This document shows positions 23,205 to 37,199 of a stretch of DNA of 64,000 nt, in pieces. A program made the translations under genes and the position numbers. The DNA is taken from positions 22,159,712-22,223,711 of the forward strand of contig NC_069006.1 of assembly GCF_001194135.2 (NCBI RefSeq), given 5' to 3'. How positions within the stretch are numbered: the stretch's first letter is position 1; each line of letters starts with the position of its first letter. The notes under the pieces are model-generated. The model ran no database searches, was not told the origin of the DNA, and saw nothing but the letters and a program-made list of their open reading frames with translations. This stretch comes from Octopus bimaculoides (lineage: Eukaryota).

Positions 23205-23600
23205 TAACCATTAGCACATTAGACAAATTGCTAAGTAGCATTTCTTCCAGTTTTATGTTCCGAATTCAAATTCTGGCTAAGTTAACTTTGCCTTTCATTC
23301 TTTCAAGGTTAATAAAATGATTAACAGTCCAAATTCCACTGGAACCGACTTTGCCTTTCATCCTTTCAAGGTCAATAAGATAAGTCTCAAACAAGTACTG
23401 GAAGAGATGCAATCAACCTGCCTCCCTTCCCTCAAAATTGTTGGCCTCATATTAAAATTTGAAATAATTATTATATATGAGGTCAACTGTGCTTTTCAAC
23501 CTTTCAGGGTCAATAAACTAAGTGCCAATCATGCACTAGGGACAATGCAATCAAGTAGCCTGCCCTCACACCAAAATTTCAGGCCATGCACCTATAGGAG
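23205..23600 (+). mobile_element. Three tandem partial SINE family B bodies
   Basis: Core (g/c)acttt/gtgcctttcatcctttc..ggtcaataa repeated near 23285, 23348 and 23485. Confidence 0.65.
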
Positions 23601-24640
23601 AAGGATTTATTTGTAGCTTTATTTATATTCTCTCAAAGTTTCTAAATTCTTATGATGTAAACAACAAACAACATTGATTTTCCCAGTCTTGGAGGATTTT
23701 TAAAGTTATGTACACTACTTCTTTTTCCTCACTAGAACATAGAAAAACATAAAACTGGTTTGCAAAAGCACAAGTTGTTCCTAATGGTACTGAATTTTCA
23801 TTAGACACCACGTATTGATGTAAAATAAGCAAATAGAAGTAAGGCATGATAGAGAAGATACAAGCTTCATCAGCAGACACAACAGGACAGGCTATAAAAT
23901 TAATAATATAAAGGTAGTGGGGGTGCCATCTGTTGGACACTCCTTTACTGATAAAAATCTACCCTCTAGCTAATGTTAATTCTAAAGTTTTTCTTTTACT
24001 TCTTCAACAATTACTGCAACATTTTCTGCTCTGTAAAATTTTCTGGCACCATTCCAATACTGTTCAAAGCATCACATTGATGTTGTCATGTTTTCTTATC
24101 TAAAGCAGCACCTCTTTGAAATTTTCTTCAACCCACTCCCTTTTCCAATACCAAACCAACAGACACATGAAGGAGAAATATATTAATCATATCAATTTTA
24201 TTCCTCTTCCACACTGCTTACCATTTTATTTTCCTTCATAGTTCTTTTGCTGTCTGTATATATTTTCTCATTCTTCAGTAGACAACCACAATAACCACTT
24301 TCAAAGGAAAAAATATTTTTTTAGCCTTCTGAAAATTTTTTATCGGGTAGCTAGATTAGGCCACTTTACTTGTCTAATCAAAGGAGAATAGGTTCAATTA
24401 ATTGACTATATATGAACCCTTTATAGTCAGACAAAAATAAAACCAGAATATGCTACAGAATTTTCAGAACAAGCATGAAATCTGATAGACAGCATTGTTC
24501 CATTATGGTTATCTATAACTATTTGGTTGTGATGAACCAAAGAAAGAACTTGTGATTGTTGATGGGAATTATTACTCTCAATGAAATACTAAGGGAAGAA
24601 AAGTTGTTTTAAGGGTTCAGAAATGATCATTTGATAGTAG

Positions 24641-24810
24641 ATAGGTGTAGGCATAGCTGTGTGGTTAAGAAACTAGCTTTCCAACAATCTGGTTTTGGGT
24701 TCAGTTCTACTGTGCAGCACCTTGGGCAAGTGTTTTCTACTACAGCCCTAGGTTGGTCAATGCCTCGTGAGTGAATTTGGTAGAGAGAAACTGTGTGGAA
24801 GACTGTTGTG
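24641..24810 (+). mobile_element. SINE family A, 5' half. Similar halves: 20355-20510 (-), 32600-32770 (+), 39815-39950 (-), 45920-46060 (-)
   Basis: tRNA-like head plus caccttgggcaagtgt.ttctactac/tagccc..gtgagtgaatttggtag. Confidence 0.75.
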
Positions 24811-24816
24811 TGTAAT

Positions 24817-24857
<41 letters not shown>

Positions 24858-25624
24858 TGTGTGTGAGTCTCTCTTATGCCAAGGGCAGAAGAGAGAGAGA
24901 GAAAAAAATTCATACGATATATATATATATATGCATTCATTTATTTCACTTTTATTCAGTTCACACTCCACACACACTCATACTAAAATGTGATTTTGAT
25001 TGAAATAAAAATCAAAAAAAAATAATAACAATTAATAAATAAAATAAAGATGAAACAAACATAAATATAAAAATTTTGAAAAAGATTTTTAAAATATCCA
25101 TAATCATTGAACTTTTTTAATTAATCATACAGCAAATATATGAGACATTTTTAAATTGCAAGCTTCTATCTAATGAAACACAAATGAATATTTTTATGTT
25201 TAGAATTATTATTTAAGAGGGGCAACAAGGAGGAAGAAAATAAAGGCATTTTCAAAATAGATTGCCTATTGAGTCCACTCCCCTTTTAAGCTTCTCTTTT
25301 ATTATTATTATTATTATATATTTTTTTCATTTTACCTTAATTTCTTAATGGATTTAGATGGATTTTATGATATAATTTTGAAAAGTATGCATTATTTTAG
25401 GCTTTGATAAACTACTTAAAAACTAGTATTTGACAACTACCTTTAACTAAAGAGATTATTTATAAAAATGTTATCTAGTTGTGCAAATTATAAAATATAT
25501 TCAATAAAATACATTGAAATTTAATTAAAAATATTTTTTCATTATTAAAACTGAATTGCTTTTGATAATTCTCAATGATAAAAATTCATAGAGCATATTT
25601 CTGTATCATTTATAAATCAACCTG

Positions 25625-25815
25625 ATGATGGTGGTGATGATGGTAGCAGAGGTGGTGATGGCGGTGATTGTGGTAGTACTAGTAGTGGTGGTGATGATCA
25701 TGGTGGTGGTGGTAGTAATGGTGTTGATGATAGCGTTGATACTAGTTGTGATAGTTATGGTGCTGGTAGCGGTGGTAGTGGTACTTGTAGTGGTGGTAAT
25801 AGTGGTGATGATGAT
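25625..25815. repeat. Degenerate (GGT/GAT/AGT)n trinucleotide tract
   Basis: gatgatggtggtgatgatggtagcagaggtggtgatg... Confidence 0.8.
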
Positions 25816-25970
25816 GTTTAATTCAACTAACTTACTTTAAAATTAAAATGTACAGACTAATTTTGTTTTATATATATTTATTTATTCCTCTTACTTGAGT
25901 CAATGTTGAATTGCGACAGTGGTTTCCCAGTGTAGTAAGTCTGTCAACTAACCAGATTTCAAAATGTTCA

Positions 25971-26275
25971 TAAGCACAGGTGTAACTGTGTGGTTAAGAC
26001 GCTTGCTTCCCAACCATGTGAAGTTGGGCTCTATCCCACTGTATGGCACCTTGGGCAAATGTCTTCCCTTATAGCTCTGGGCCGACCAAAGTCTTGTGAG
26101 TGGATTTGGTAGATGGATACTGAAAGAAGCCTGTCATATACCTGTGTACATATATATATATGTGCATCTTTGTATTTGTCCCCCAACACCACTTGTCAAC
26201 TGGTGTTGGTTTGTTTACATTTCATCAACTAAACAATTGAAGGAGTGCCCCAACATGGCTGCATTCCATGTAAAG
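25971..26275 (+). mobile_element. SINE family A with a shortened tail
   Basis: gcacaggtgtaactgtgtggttaagacgcttgcttcccaacc..ggccgaccaaagtcttgtgagtggatttggtagatgg. Confidence 0.75.
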
Positions 26276-26777
26276 GAACATGTATCTTTGTAGTATTTTG
26301 TAGTATTTTGCAGAACAACCTTCACAGATAATTTGTTTATGGTGACCAAATGTTTGTATTGTACAACAGAACACTTCCTCCATCAATTCAACATCACCTA
26401 TAAAGACACACAGATTTTTTGTATCATCTGTCTGGATGTTTTGTTGTCCCTTTTTTGTATAATCTAACTGTCTGGATGTTTTGCGTTCTTGTCCCATTCT
26501 TGGTATTCCTTTATTTATTTATATATATATATATATGGTGGTGGTTGTCTACTCTTTAGAGTTTGACCACCTCCTGCACCTACACCTTAGCCCTTTCATG
26601 GCGTCTGATGTGGCTTTTTATATATATATATATATACACACACACACATACATAGAGACAGGGGGAGAAAGGGGGAAAGAGAGAGCTAAATATGTATATA
26701 TAGATATAATTGTTTAAATTTATATGTACACATACACACACATAAACACAGGCGCTCATAGTCTTTCAATGATGAGT

Positions 26778-27098
26778 GTTCATTCTAAAAATAAATAATC
26801 ACATCATGGAAATCTTGAAGCTATGAGATAATGCATAACATTTGATAGAGTAATCTGAAAACCAAAGGATTGACCCCTTAACCATTTAAAACAGCTACAT
26901 CTGGCCCAAATATTCTACCTGTTTTATGTTCAAACTAACCAGATTCAACATCTCACACCAACTTTACAATACCATTTTAAAACTAAACAATTACATCATC
27001 AAAATCCCAAAGCTATGAGACAATGCATGATTAATTCAAAACAATGTGAATAAATAAGCATTACATTTGACAGAAGAATCCGAATGCTAAAGGGTTAA
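26778..27098. mobile_element. piggyBac-type TTAA MITE: a partial copy (26778-26873) followed head-to-tail by a full ~220-bp copy (26874-27094). A reversed fragment lies at ~29420-29515
   Basis: Right end atgctaaaggg|TTAA; decayed left end (ttga)cccctta.cattt; internal sequence shared between the copies. Confidence 0.7.
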
Positions 27099-27501
27099 AC
27101 TAATCAATAGAGAGAGAGAGAAGCAATATTTCTCTGTTTATTATTTCTCCACATACTAAAAAAAAAAGGACAATCTCAGTAAAAAGCATTTACAGCATTG
27201 TGATGATATATCTTTAACAGAATCAAGTGAAATCAACTGAATCACTAACTGAATTTTTACATAAGTGAAAGCGCAAATCAATTAGAATTTTAGTGGTAAT
27301 TAGAAATAATTTCCATAATATTTGGTATTGAAAAACAGAGAATAAGTCTCTAGACAACAATTCACGAGGAAATTTTTGAAATAAAATTACTTATACAAAG
27401 ACTTCATAGTAATTTGTAATTTATTTATTTTTCTTTCACAATCTATGCTAATGAATTAGGAGTCATTTTTCCATAATATACACATGCATATATATATGTA
27501 A

Positions 27502-27540
<39 letters not shown>

Positions 27541-27920
27541 AACATATATACATATTTATATGCATACATGTATATATACATCTACACATGCATACATATA
27601 CACATCCATACAGCGACAATCATAGACATACATACATCCACAATTATACACACACACATATATGGTAGAATAAAAACTAAATGTAAATATAAGATGGTAA
27701 ATATAAAATATTTCTTTCAGTAATTAGTTAAATATGATCGTTTTATTTATAAGCTTAGTAGATATTAAATTAAACATAAGCAATTATTTAAATATTTAAA
27801 TATCCTATCTAAATACCTACAAAGCAGATGTAAGCTAATATATACACATACATATATCAAATGGCTAACAACTTTTCCACAATGTGTATATAGTGTTGCA
27901 TATATATCTTATTGTTAGTT

Positions 27921-28325
27921 TTTATCTTTTACTTGTTCCATCACTGAACTTCAGCTTTGCTGGGGCACCACCTTAAAGGGTTTAAGTTAAGCAAATTGAC
28001 CCCAGTACTTATTTTTGTTTTAGGTCTCGTACTTATCCTATCAGTTTCTTTTGCTGAACTGCTAAGATGTAGGACTGTAAAAAAACCAACACCAATTGTC
28101 AAGCAGTGGTGGGGGGCAAGCACACACGCACACACACGCATTTTTATAGATACATATACACAACAAACTTCTTTAAGTTTCAGTCTACCAAATCTGCTCA
28201 CAAAGCTTGGTTGGCCTGGGGCTATAGCAGAAGACACTTTCCCAAGTTGCCACACAATGGGACTGAACCCAAAACAATGTTGTAGGGAAGCAAACTTCTT
28301 ACCATACAGCCATACCTGCACCTAT
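27921..28325 (-). mobile_element. Full-length SINE family A
   Basis: Complete head, linker and tail on the minus strand. Confidence 0.8.
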
Positions 28326-28326
28326 A

Positions 28327-28362
<36 letters not shown>

Positions 28363-28744
28363 GTATATTTATATAAATGGATGCCACTTTATCACACAGT
28401 TACACTTTAGCATGCAGTCCAACCATAACCCAGATCAGGTCATTTCATAACTGAGACTATGGATACTGTTGTAGACCACAAAGTAAAGTAGCACACACAC
28501 ACACACACACACAAATATATATTCTTTTCTTTAAATAAATAGGATAATTTATTGTAGTAGTACTTGATAATGAGACAATTATCAGAATTTTTAACAATGG
28601 AAAACAAAGATAGCTAATGAAGTAACAACAACAAAAAAATCAATTTGTGTAAAAAAAAAAATTTTTTTTAATATATACAATACATAAAATGTTGGATTCT
28701 TTAATAAATTTGCAAACATAATTAGAGAGTGGCAGTAGTAGGAG

Positions 28745-29250
28745 GGGAAAATTGGCAGTCTGGCAATTTTGTTACAGCACTGGACAAAATGCTTAGTGAC
28801 ATTATCAGGGTCAAAAAAATTAAGTATAAGTCAAATACTAGAGTCGATATAATTAAGTTGTGCCCTCCCTACAAAATTACCGATCTTTAATCCTGAAATG
28901 AGACAGTATTCAGTTCAGGGCATTTCTTGTGAATCTTGGTCACTTATACATCATGGAAACTATATAACTGGCCCTATGTATCCTAGGGATCAAGGAAAGT
29001 AATTGAAAAAATAATGAGAGGGGGATTTTGGTGGGGAAGATTGATAGTATTGTTAGAGTGTTGGACAATATGTTTAGCTGCATTTCTTCTAGATCTTTTA
29101 CATTCTGACTTCAAATCCCTCTGAGGGCAATGTTGCCTTTCATTCTTTCAAGGTTGATAAAATAAAGTACCAGTCAAGTACTGGGGGGGGGGGTTAATGT
29201 ATTCAATTTATCCCCCACTCCTCCCTCAAAAATGGTTGGCCATGAACCCT
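28745..29250 (+). mobile_element. Two SINE family B copies (28745-28885, 29035-29250)
   Basis: ggcaattttgttacagcactggacaaaatgcttag; gttagagtgttggacaatatgtttag..acattctgacttcaaatccc..gcctttcattctttc. Confidence 0.65.
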
Positions 29251-30089
29251 GAAATAAACTGGCATCTTGTTCAGAGAAAGTGTTACAATTTTAGTCATTT
29301 ATACATCATAAAAACGATGTAGGTGCCCTTATGAGTCCTCAGACACAAGAAAAATAAGAAATAAGAAAATAGAAAATCTCAGAGCTTTGGGATTGTTTAT
29401 TTTTAGAATTACATTTAGTGTAGGTGCGAGAAGCCAGATCTGGCAGATTTGAACATATAACAGGTAGAATATTTGGGTTGGAAATAGCTGATTTAAATGC
29501 TAAAGCATTAAAGAAACCAGACTGATTTTGGTGGTGGTGGTGGTGGTGGAGGGAGATTTAGTTGCTACTTTTAGCAGATTGATCAAACTATAAAGCGATT
29601 TCCTTACAGATTCAACCAACAGTAATATACTGAGTTTGGTTTAGTACAATACAATCACTTGTAAATCTTATTCTTACTAAACTTTAGCTCTGGTTAAAAA
29701 ACAGCAAAAAAACCAATAACCAAATATAACAAACCTTGACGAAATTTATAAGGAAAGATGTTTCATTAACATCTAGATTAATTAAATGGATGACAGAAAT
29801 AAATAGTGTAAGTAATTAATTAGGGAAAACTGTTTTTGACGAAGAAAAAACAGAGAGAAAAGAAGAAATAAGTATGATATAACACAGAAGCATTTTTTAA
29901 AGCTGGTTATTAATTAAGTCACTATAGATTTATTTAGGTTGTTTTTTTTTATTTCTATATCAACATCACAGCTTTCTTTCATCAATATAGCTTTCTGTAT
30001 TTATTTGAAAGCTGATTAATATTATGATTTTCTAAGACATTGATCTGATCTCACTATTATTAACTTCTCTTTCTTTTTTCATTAGAAAT

Positions 30090-30455
30090 GAAAGGCGTGT
30101 GGCATAGTTGGTTAGGGTGTTGCTCTCATGATCACAAGATCATGGTTTTGATTTCTGGACCAAGTGGTGCATTGTATTCTTGAGCAAAATACTTCATTCA
30201 TGTTGCTCCAGTTCACTCGGCTGTGTAACACTTGAAAGATTTGCCTCCTGATCAAGTGGAATGTTGTGATCTTCATCACTTATAAGCCATGGAAACTGAG
30301 TAACTGACTCTTACAAGTTCAAGTACTTGGGACAGTAATGTCTGGGGGTTGATGACTTGGATGAAGATTCCAAGATCCTGGTTTCAATTCCTACAGAGGG
30401 CAGTGCTTTGTGTTCTTGAACAAAACACTATTTCATGTTGCTCCAGTTCATTGTC
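30090..30455 (+). mobile_element. Two CORE-type SINE 5' parts (family D; 30090-30230, 30340-30455)
   Basis: ggcgtgtggcatagttggttagggtgttgctctcatgatcacaagatc..ttgtattcttgagcaaaatacttcattcatgttgctccagttcac. Confidence 0.7.
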
Positions 30456-30469
30456 ATATATATGCATAA

Positions 30470-30512
<43 letters not shown>

Positions 30513-30566
30513 AGTTACCTACCACTACTTCTTAAAAACCCATGTTGGTTTGTATATGTTTTCATA

Positions 30567-30606
<40 letters not shown>

Positions 30607-31458
30607 TTTTGTTTGTTTGTCCCTTATCACTGATTAACAACCAGTGTTGGTTTGTTTATGTTCCCCATAATAAAGTGGATCACCAAAAAAGCCTGACAGA
30701 GTAAGTACCAAGCTAAAAATGAAGTACTGGAGTCAGTTGATCTGTTTAACTAAAACTTTTCANNNNNNNNNNNNNNNNNNNNNNNNNNNNNNNNNNNNNN
30801 NNNNNNNNNNNNNNNNNNNNNNNNNNNNNNNNNNNNNNNNNNNNNNNNNNNNNNNNNNNNNNNNNNNNNNNNNNNNNNNNNNNNNNNNNNNNNNNNNNNN
30901 NNNNNNNNNNNNNNNNNNNNNNNNNNNNNNNNNNNNNNNNNNNNNNNNNNNNNNNNNNNNNNNNNNNNNNNNNNNNNNNNNNNNNNNNNNNNNNNNNNNN
31001 NNNNNNNNNNNNNNNNNNNNNNNNNNNNNNNNNNNNNNNNNNNNNNNNNNNNNNNNNNNNNNNNNNNNNNNNNNNNNNNNNNNNNNNNNNNNNNNNNNNN
31101 NNNNNNNNNNNNNNNNNNNNNNNNNNNNNNNNNNNNNNNNNNNNNNNNNNNNNNNNNNNNNNNNNNNNNNNNNNNNNNNNNNNNNNNNNNNNNNNNNNNN
31201 NNNNNNNNNNNNNNNNNNNNNNNNNNNNNNNNNNNNNNNNNNNNNNNNNNNNNNNNNNNNNNNNNNNNNNNNNNNNNNNNNNNNNNNNNNNNNNNNNNNN
31301 NNNNNNNNNNNNNNNNNNNNNNNNNNNACGTTCAGACCCTTCATACAGCTGCACCTAGAATAAGTGTCTTTTACTATAGCCATGGGCTGACCAATGCCTT
31401 ATGAGTGAATTTTGTAGATGGAAACTGTGTGGAAGCCCATCATATATATATATATATT

Positions 31459-31860
31459 CGAAGGTAAGTCAAAAATTGAATGCACTCTTGCTTCTGTAAT
31501 TTATTAAAACACAAGCAGAGGTTGAGCAATAACATTATTTTTTGACAGTCTTCATGCTTTTCAATGCACTTCTTCCGGCAGTCCATAAGCGTGCCTAATC
31601 CATTGGAGAAGAAAGTTTCCAGCTTGTCACACAGTCATTTATGCACCACTTCTTGCACTTCTTGATCCATAACAAACCGATGACTTCATAAAGGATGTTT
31701 GAATGGTCCAAAGAGGTGATAGTTGGAAGAGGCGAGACCTGGATTGTATGCAGGATGTTCCAAGAATTCAAAATCCAATTGTTCAATGGTCTCAACTATG
31801 TAGGAGACCATATGTGGACATGCATTGTCATCAAACGATAACACTTGCTTTGACAATATC
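31459..31860 (-). pseudogene. mariner transposase 3' relic with TIR
   Basis: Minus-strand translation DDNACPHMVSYIVETIEQLDFEFLEHPAYNPGLASSNYHLFGPFKHPL*SHRFVMDQEVQEVVHK*L..FFSNGLGTLMDCRKKCIEK matches the mariner HDNARPH / HPPYSPDLAPSDYHLF pattern; the terminus cgaaggtaagtcaaaa follows a TA run. Confidence 0.9.
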
Positions 31861-32768
31861 TTGTAGACAATTAAGTAGACAGAAACTGTGAAAGAGGGAG
31901 ACTGATGAAAATACTGTAACTGTCAATAGGGTCAGTCTATCTATCCAGTACCAGTAGTACTGTGACAGTGTGTGGCTCAATCATTTGGGTGCAGCACTCA
32001 TTAATTGAACAGGACTGACATAAACTTACCCTCTCATTGTACACAGAGTTAAATATGACTATATTAGAAGACACTCAAAGTACCACACAGTGGGACTGAA
32101 CCTGAAACCATGTGGTTGGGAAGCAAACTTCCTACCACACACACATACCTGTAATATATATTATTATGTTTGTCATATAAATTTGAGAGGATTATCAAGC
32201 TAAACAACATTTCTTCAGATTATTTCTTTTGGTTAACTGTACTTATCACTGGCTTGATAATGTCTAATATTGCTTTAAATCATAGAGTCACTGACGTCAA
32301 TTGCTATTTATCATGCGTCACAGAGATCTACTTACAAGTTCTCTTGAAAGAATGTAGACATGTGTCAGCATGTTGAAATAATTTCAAATGTTTCATTTAG
32401 GATTGGCAAATGGTTTGAAAATTTTCTATAATTCTAAGGACACTGTTATACTTAGATCCATTCTTAAACACCAGTGCTTTATCTTTCACCCCTTCACTCT
32501 CATAACATGAGTGACCTCTTAGTGACCTTAATCTTAAAGAATTATACACAAGATGATTCAAAAGTCCCTTTGGTATGATATAAACTGTGCCTATAATATA
32601 TGCACAGGTGGTTAAGAAGGTTAGCAGTGTGGTTCAGAAGCTTACTTCCTTAGCATGTGGCCTTGATCCCACTGCACAGCACCTTAGGTAAGTGTCTTCT
32701 ACTATAGCCCTGGGCCAACTGAAGCTTTGTGAGTTGAATTGATAGATGGAAACTGAAAGAAGCTTGTC

Positions 32769-32799
<31 letters not shown>

Positions 32800-34965
32800 T
32801 ACTTTTAACTTGACATAATGTGATTTTTGTAAACAATCATCACCATCATACAAACAATGTTGTTCATTTCCAGTCTTCCAAGGAAATATACCTGGTCATG
32901 GAGAAATATTACTTTGCTTGGAAATAGGTGAGTGTTGGTAACAGGAAGGGCATGCAGCTGCAGGATTAACTGTATGATGGAGACACTCATTTACAAATAT
33001 GCTTGAAGTCAGTCTCAGAAGCGAAATACTCAAAAGGAATATAAAGAAGTCCTTTACCCCAACAGTGGGAAAGCAATGCAGATGTGATTAACTGCTTTCT
33101 CCTGTCACCCATTTCACNNNNNNNNNNTGTTATTTGGCTTTAGAGAGGAGAAAGAAATGTTTCTCTATAAATTGCAGAATTTAATTTAGGTGATTTGGTT
33201 GACTTTTTACAACCAACAGATTTGTGAGTGTGTGTGTGTGTGTGTGTGTGTGAGTGTGAGTGTGTGTGTGAGTGTAAGTGTGTGTGTGTGTGTGAGTGTA
33301 AGTGTGTGTGTGTGTGTGAGTGTGTGTGAGTGTGTGTGTATGTGTATGCATGTATCTGTGAGGTCATTATGTTTGTGAGTGTTTCTATCAAAGGGTGATT
33401 ATATTTATATACATGTGTGTACATGTATCTGTGGGATGGTTGTGTTCACATGCACGTATGTGTGTGTGTCTGTAAGAGGTTGATTATGCTTATGTGTGTC
33501 TGTGTATGTATATGCATCTATCTGAAAGTGATTGCGTGTGTGTGATCTTATATGTGTGTGCATAAGCTATTATAGTCAAGCTATTATAGTCAAGCTTTAT
33601 TTAGCTCAACGAAAGTATAGTATTCAAAATTACATATTCAAATAATGTGATTTTCCACAAGCCAGAGCTAACATACTGTTTAAGCAATCTAGTTAGTAGT
33701 AAATTAATTGCTTCAGTGCTTCATGTATTCCCTAAATGGCTCTTGTGGAATCAATACATGAAACTTGATACTCTGCTTTGAGTATCAAGCATAAAGAGGT
33801 TTGCTTACACATGCTTAAAGAGGTTTGCCCAACTAGTTGCATTTTAGTCAAGTAAACTGAAAGAAGTCCGTTATGTGTGTGTGTGTGTGTTAACATCACA
33901 TGGCAGTTGTAAATGAATGTCATTCATTTCCAATATAACATCCCTACCCATATTACCTTACATGGAAACAGGCGAGGGTTAGTGACAGGAAAGGCATCCA
34001 ACCAAAGAAAATCTGCCGCAATAAATTCTAAGCCATGAAAGCAAGGAAAAGTGGACATTAAAACATCGACAATAATGATGATGTTGATAACATATAATCT
34101 GAAGGGAGATTTGGTTGCTATTTCTAGCAAGTTTAGTGACCACACTGAGGTTTCTTCATTGGTTTCCACTTTGTTTCACCATTTGGTATAATCTACACAG
34201 ATAATCAATATAGACAATCAATAAAGGTATTTTGTGATTTCATAAAATTGTTATATTTCTTTCCTTGACACTTTTACAATCAATATCTTTTTAGTCTGTT
34301 GGGTTGCTTTTCAGTAAAACAACTGGAGCTCTCAATAGTACATCATCATCAATTATCATTTATCACCCATATTCCAAGCTGGCATGGGTTGGAATGGTTA
34401 GATTTTTTTGATGGGACAAACGGGTCCAAGAATTGCATAATGCTCTAGCATTTGCTTCAGCATAGTTTCTGTGGCTGGACACTCTTCCAAATGCTAACCA
34501 TTTCACAGGGTGTTACTGGGTGCTTTTTCATGGCACCAACACTAGTGAGGTCACCATGCAGTTTACAAGAGTAGGATTTCCTATGATGTAAAAATATGAG
34601 GGAAGGGGCCAGAACAGAACAGGTTTCTTGCTGTAGACAAGCTACATGGCAACTTACATCATAGATGAGAGAATGGGAGTAACCAGAGAAGAGCAAGAAA
34701 AAGATGAATAGTGGTGACAAGGTGTCACATACAACCACACACACAAATGCAATGACATAAAAACAACCATCCACCCTTATAAACAGCCACATAAAGTACA
34801 TATAGTCAGATATACACACAAACAAACACACAGAAGCATACTAACACCCTTAGTCGCATAAAAAAACATAAAACTCCATCATATATATACATATATATAT
34901 ATACATATAATAACAATTGCTAATTATTAATAATCATGTCATGTAATAAGTATTATTGATTATTA

Positions 34966-35003
<38 letters not shown>

Positions 35004-35087
35004 CTAATAATTATGAAACAGCAGTAGAAGTTTTAAATCAACTTTTAAAATATTGATGATATTGATTTTATTTCTTCTAAGATGCGT

Positions 35088-35123
<36 letters not shown>

Positions 35124-36220
35124 ATGTGCACGCACACACACACACACACACAAAAAAAATAGGTAGACACATACATATACAGAAATACATAAGCTGCACA
35201 CACTCAGAACAGAAGCAGGAACACATTAAAAAACATTAAAAACAATATTTACATTGTTAAATCTCATTTTTCCATAGAGAACAAAATTACCACCATTCTA
35301 TCTTTAAAGATTTTTGTATACACATTTCTTTTTTCATAGTATTCAGAATAAAATACTTTGTAGTTTGCAGTTTGCAGCATGTATCAGAAAACAAAAAGAA
35401 AAAGAAAAGGTAGGAGCCCTATTAATTATATATGACAATCTTCTAATCCTTAACGGGTACCAATTAGCAATGATCATGGGAAAAGCTATGTGGTAGAGTA
35501 TGGTTCTACCACATGGAATACACTGCCAACAGTCTGATGCAAAGCTTTGGTGATTAAAAAAAAATGGAAAAGATGGAGAGGTATAATATGTTTCTCTGTG
35601 AGGATTTGTTAATATTTTATTTATTTTCCTAAACGTGAAATAATATGCTTTTAATATGTTGTTATTGTTTTTTAGCCCCAGGTCAATCTTGAACAATCAG
35701 GTCTTTACATAGAGATCAAAGGGCATTCCAGACTTAATAATGCAGTCATTTTTTTTTAATATTATTTGTTTGTCTTTTCTAAATAGAGCTTTTGCAAGAT
35801 TAGATTACTACATTATCAAATCCCCTTTAATCCTTTCTAAACTTGATACAAGACCAGCAATTTTGACAGGAGGTAAAGTCATTTATATTAACCCTAGTGC
35901 TTAACAAATCAACCCCAGGACTTATTGTTTGTAAGCCTAGTACTTATACAATCAGTTTCTTTTGACAAACTGCTAAGTTATGGGGACGTAAACACACCAA
36001 CATCGATTGTCAAGCAGTGGGGGGGGGGGGTTAGCTATTTTCTAGCTGACCAATTAGGTTGCAGGACTGCCCATAACCACCACCACACTGCACACAAGGA
36101 TTCAGGGACTCGATTGAAAAAATAACATGAACATCGTACTTTTGTCACTACCTGGTGTCATACTCTCTTTAGTACCAACTGGCATCCTACATATAAACTT
36201 TATACATATAAACTTCCTGC

Positions 36221-36450
36221 ATAGTGCCAAAGATCCCAGCAATGCCATCAGACTTCAGAACCAGTTTTTGCAACAGTTTGGGTTTCAGGGGCCCACAGCT
36301 TTTTAATATTCTTCTAAAGAGCCTGAGAAACCTGCACAAAGCAGATGTAGGGGTTTTTAAATCAAAGCTGGACCTCTTCCTGTCGAGAGTCCCAGATGAA
36401 CCTACCTCACGGCAAGAGGTGCAAATGAGAGTAGCTACATCAAACCACAT
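36221..36450 (+). mobile_element. CR1/L2-like LINE ORF2 3'-end fragment
   Basis: NSLGFRGPQLFNILLKSLRNLHKADVGVFKSKLDLFLSRVPDEP fits the CR1/L2-clade C-terminal pattern (WN.LP..FK..LD.FL). Confidence 0.75.
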
Positions 36451-36795
36451 ATTGTAGGAATTTCTCTATGAAAAGATTCTCCTTGTTGATTCTTTCTTGT
36501 GTGGAGATTCTGTCTTTACATTGATAGAAAGGGAATATAAGGAATTTAGGGTTTTTGTTTCTGTTATTAAAACATGCTTCCAGTTTAGCATTCTACCTTA
36601 TTATTATTTTTCATTTTCCTATTATTTCTCCACGTGCAGTTAACACAACCCCACTATTTACTGACTTATAAATATATATATAAATATGTGTGTGTGTGTG
36701 TGTGTGTNNNNNNNNNNNNNNNNNNNNNNNNNNNNNNNNNNNNNNNNNNNNNNNNNNNNNNNNNNNNNNNNNNNNNNNNNNNNNNNNNNNNNNNN

Positions 36796-36831
<36 letters not shown>

Positions 36832-37163
36832 TTGGTGGAAACTAGAATACTTTTTTTTTTTTGTTAAACAGAAAGTATTCAATATAGAACAGATATATAG
36901 AAGTAAACTTTATTGCTTGAAGGATTACTATCCAAGGAAGTACTTAATACGTGGTAATGCAGTATTGGAATGCATATTTAAATTCATCCATGGAAGCCTG
37001 ACCTTCAGCACAAATATCTTTCACAGTGCATGTAATCTTATATAATCACGTAGGTAGTTTCCTATATTTGCTTGTGTGTGTGTGTGTTTGCATGGGCAAA
37101 TATGTTCTTGTGTGCAGATGTATGTATATGTGTGTGTATATATTAATGCTTGTAAGGCAGAGA

Positions 37164-37199
<36 letters not shown>

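Noticed and set aside
23650-23940. 96-aa minus ORF, or a terminal exon EEKEVVYITLKILQDWENQCC
   Set aside because: Pseudo-acceptors followed by short frames are abundant on the T-rich minus strand (also at ~545, 20615, 28465, 28985); no independent support
25625-25840. Val-rich hydrophobic ORF
   Set aside because: (GGT/GAT)n microsatellite
25900-25960. GAAAC-cact-GTC half motif on the minus strand, also readable as a 46-nt exon (25895-25940)
   Set aside because: Helix I and core are not convincing, and exon models exist on both strands; unresolved
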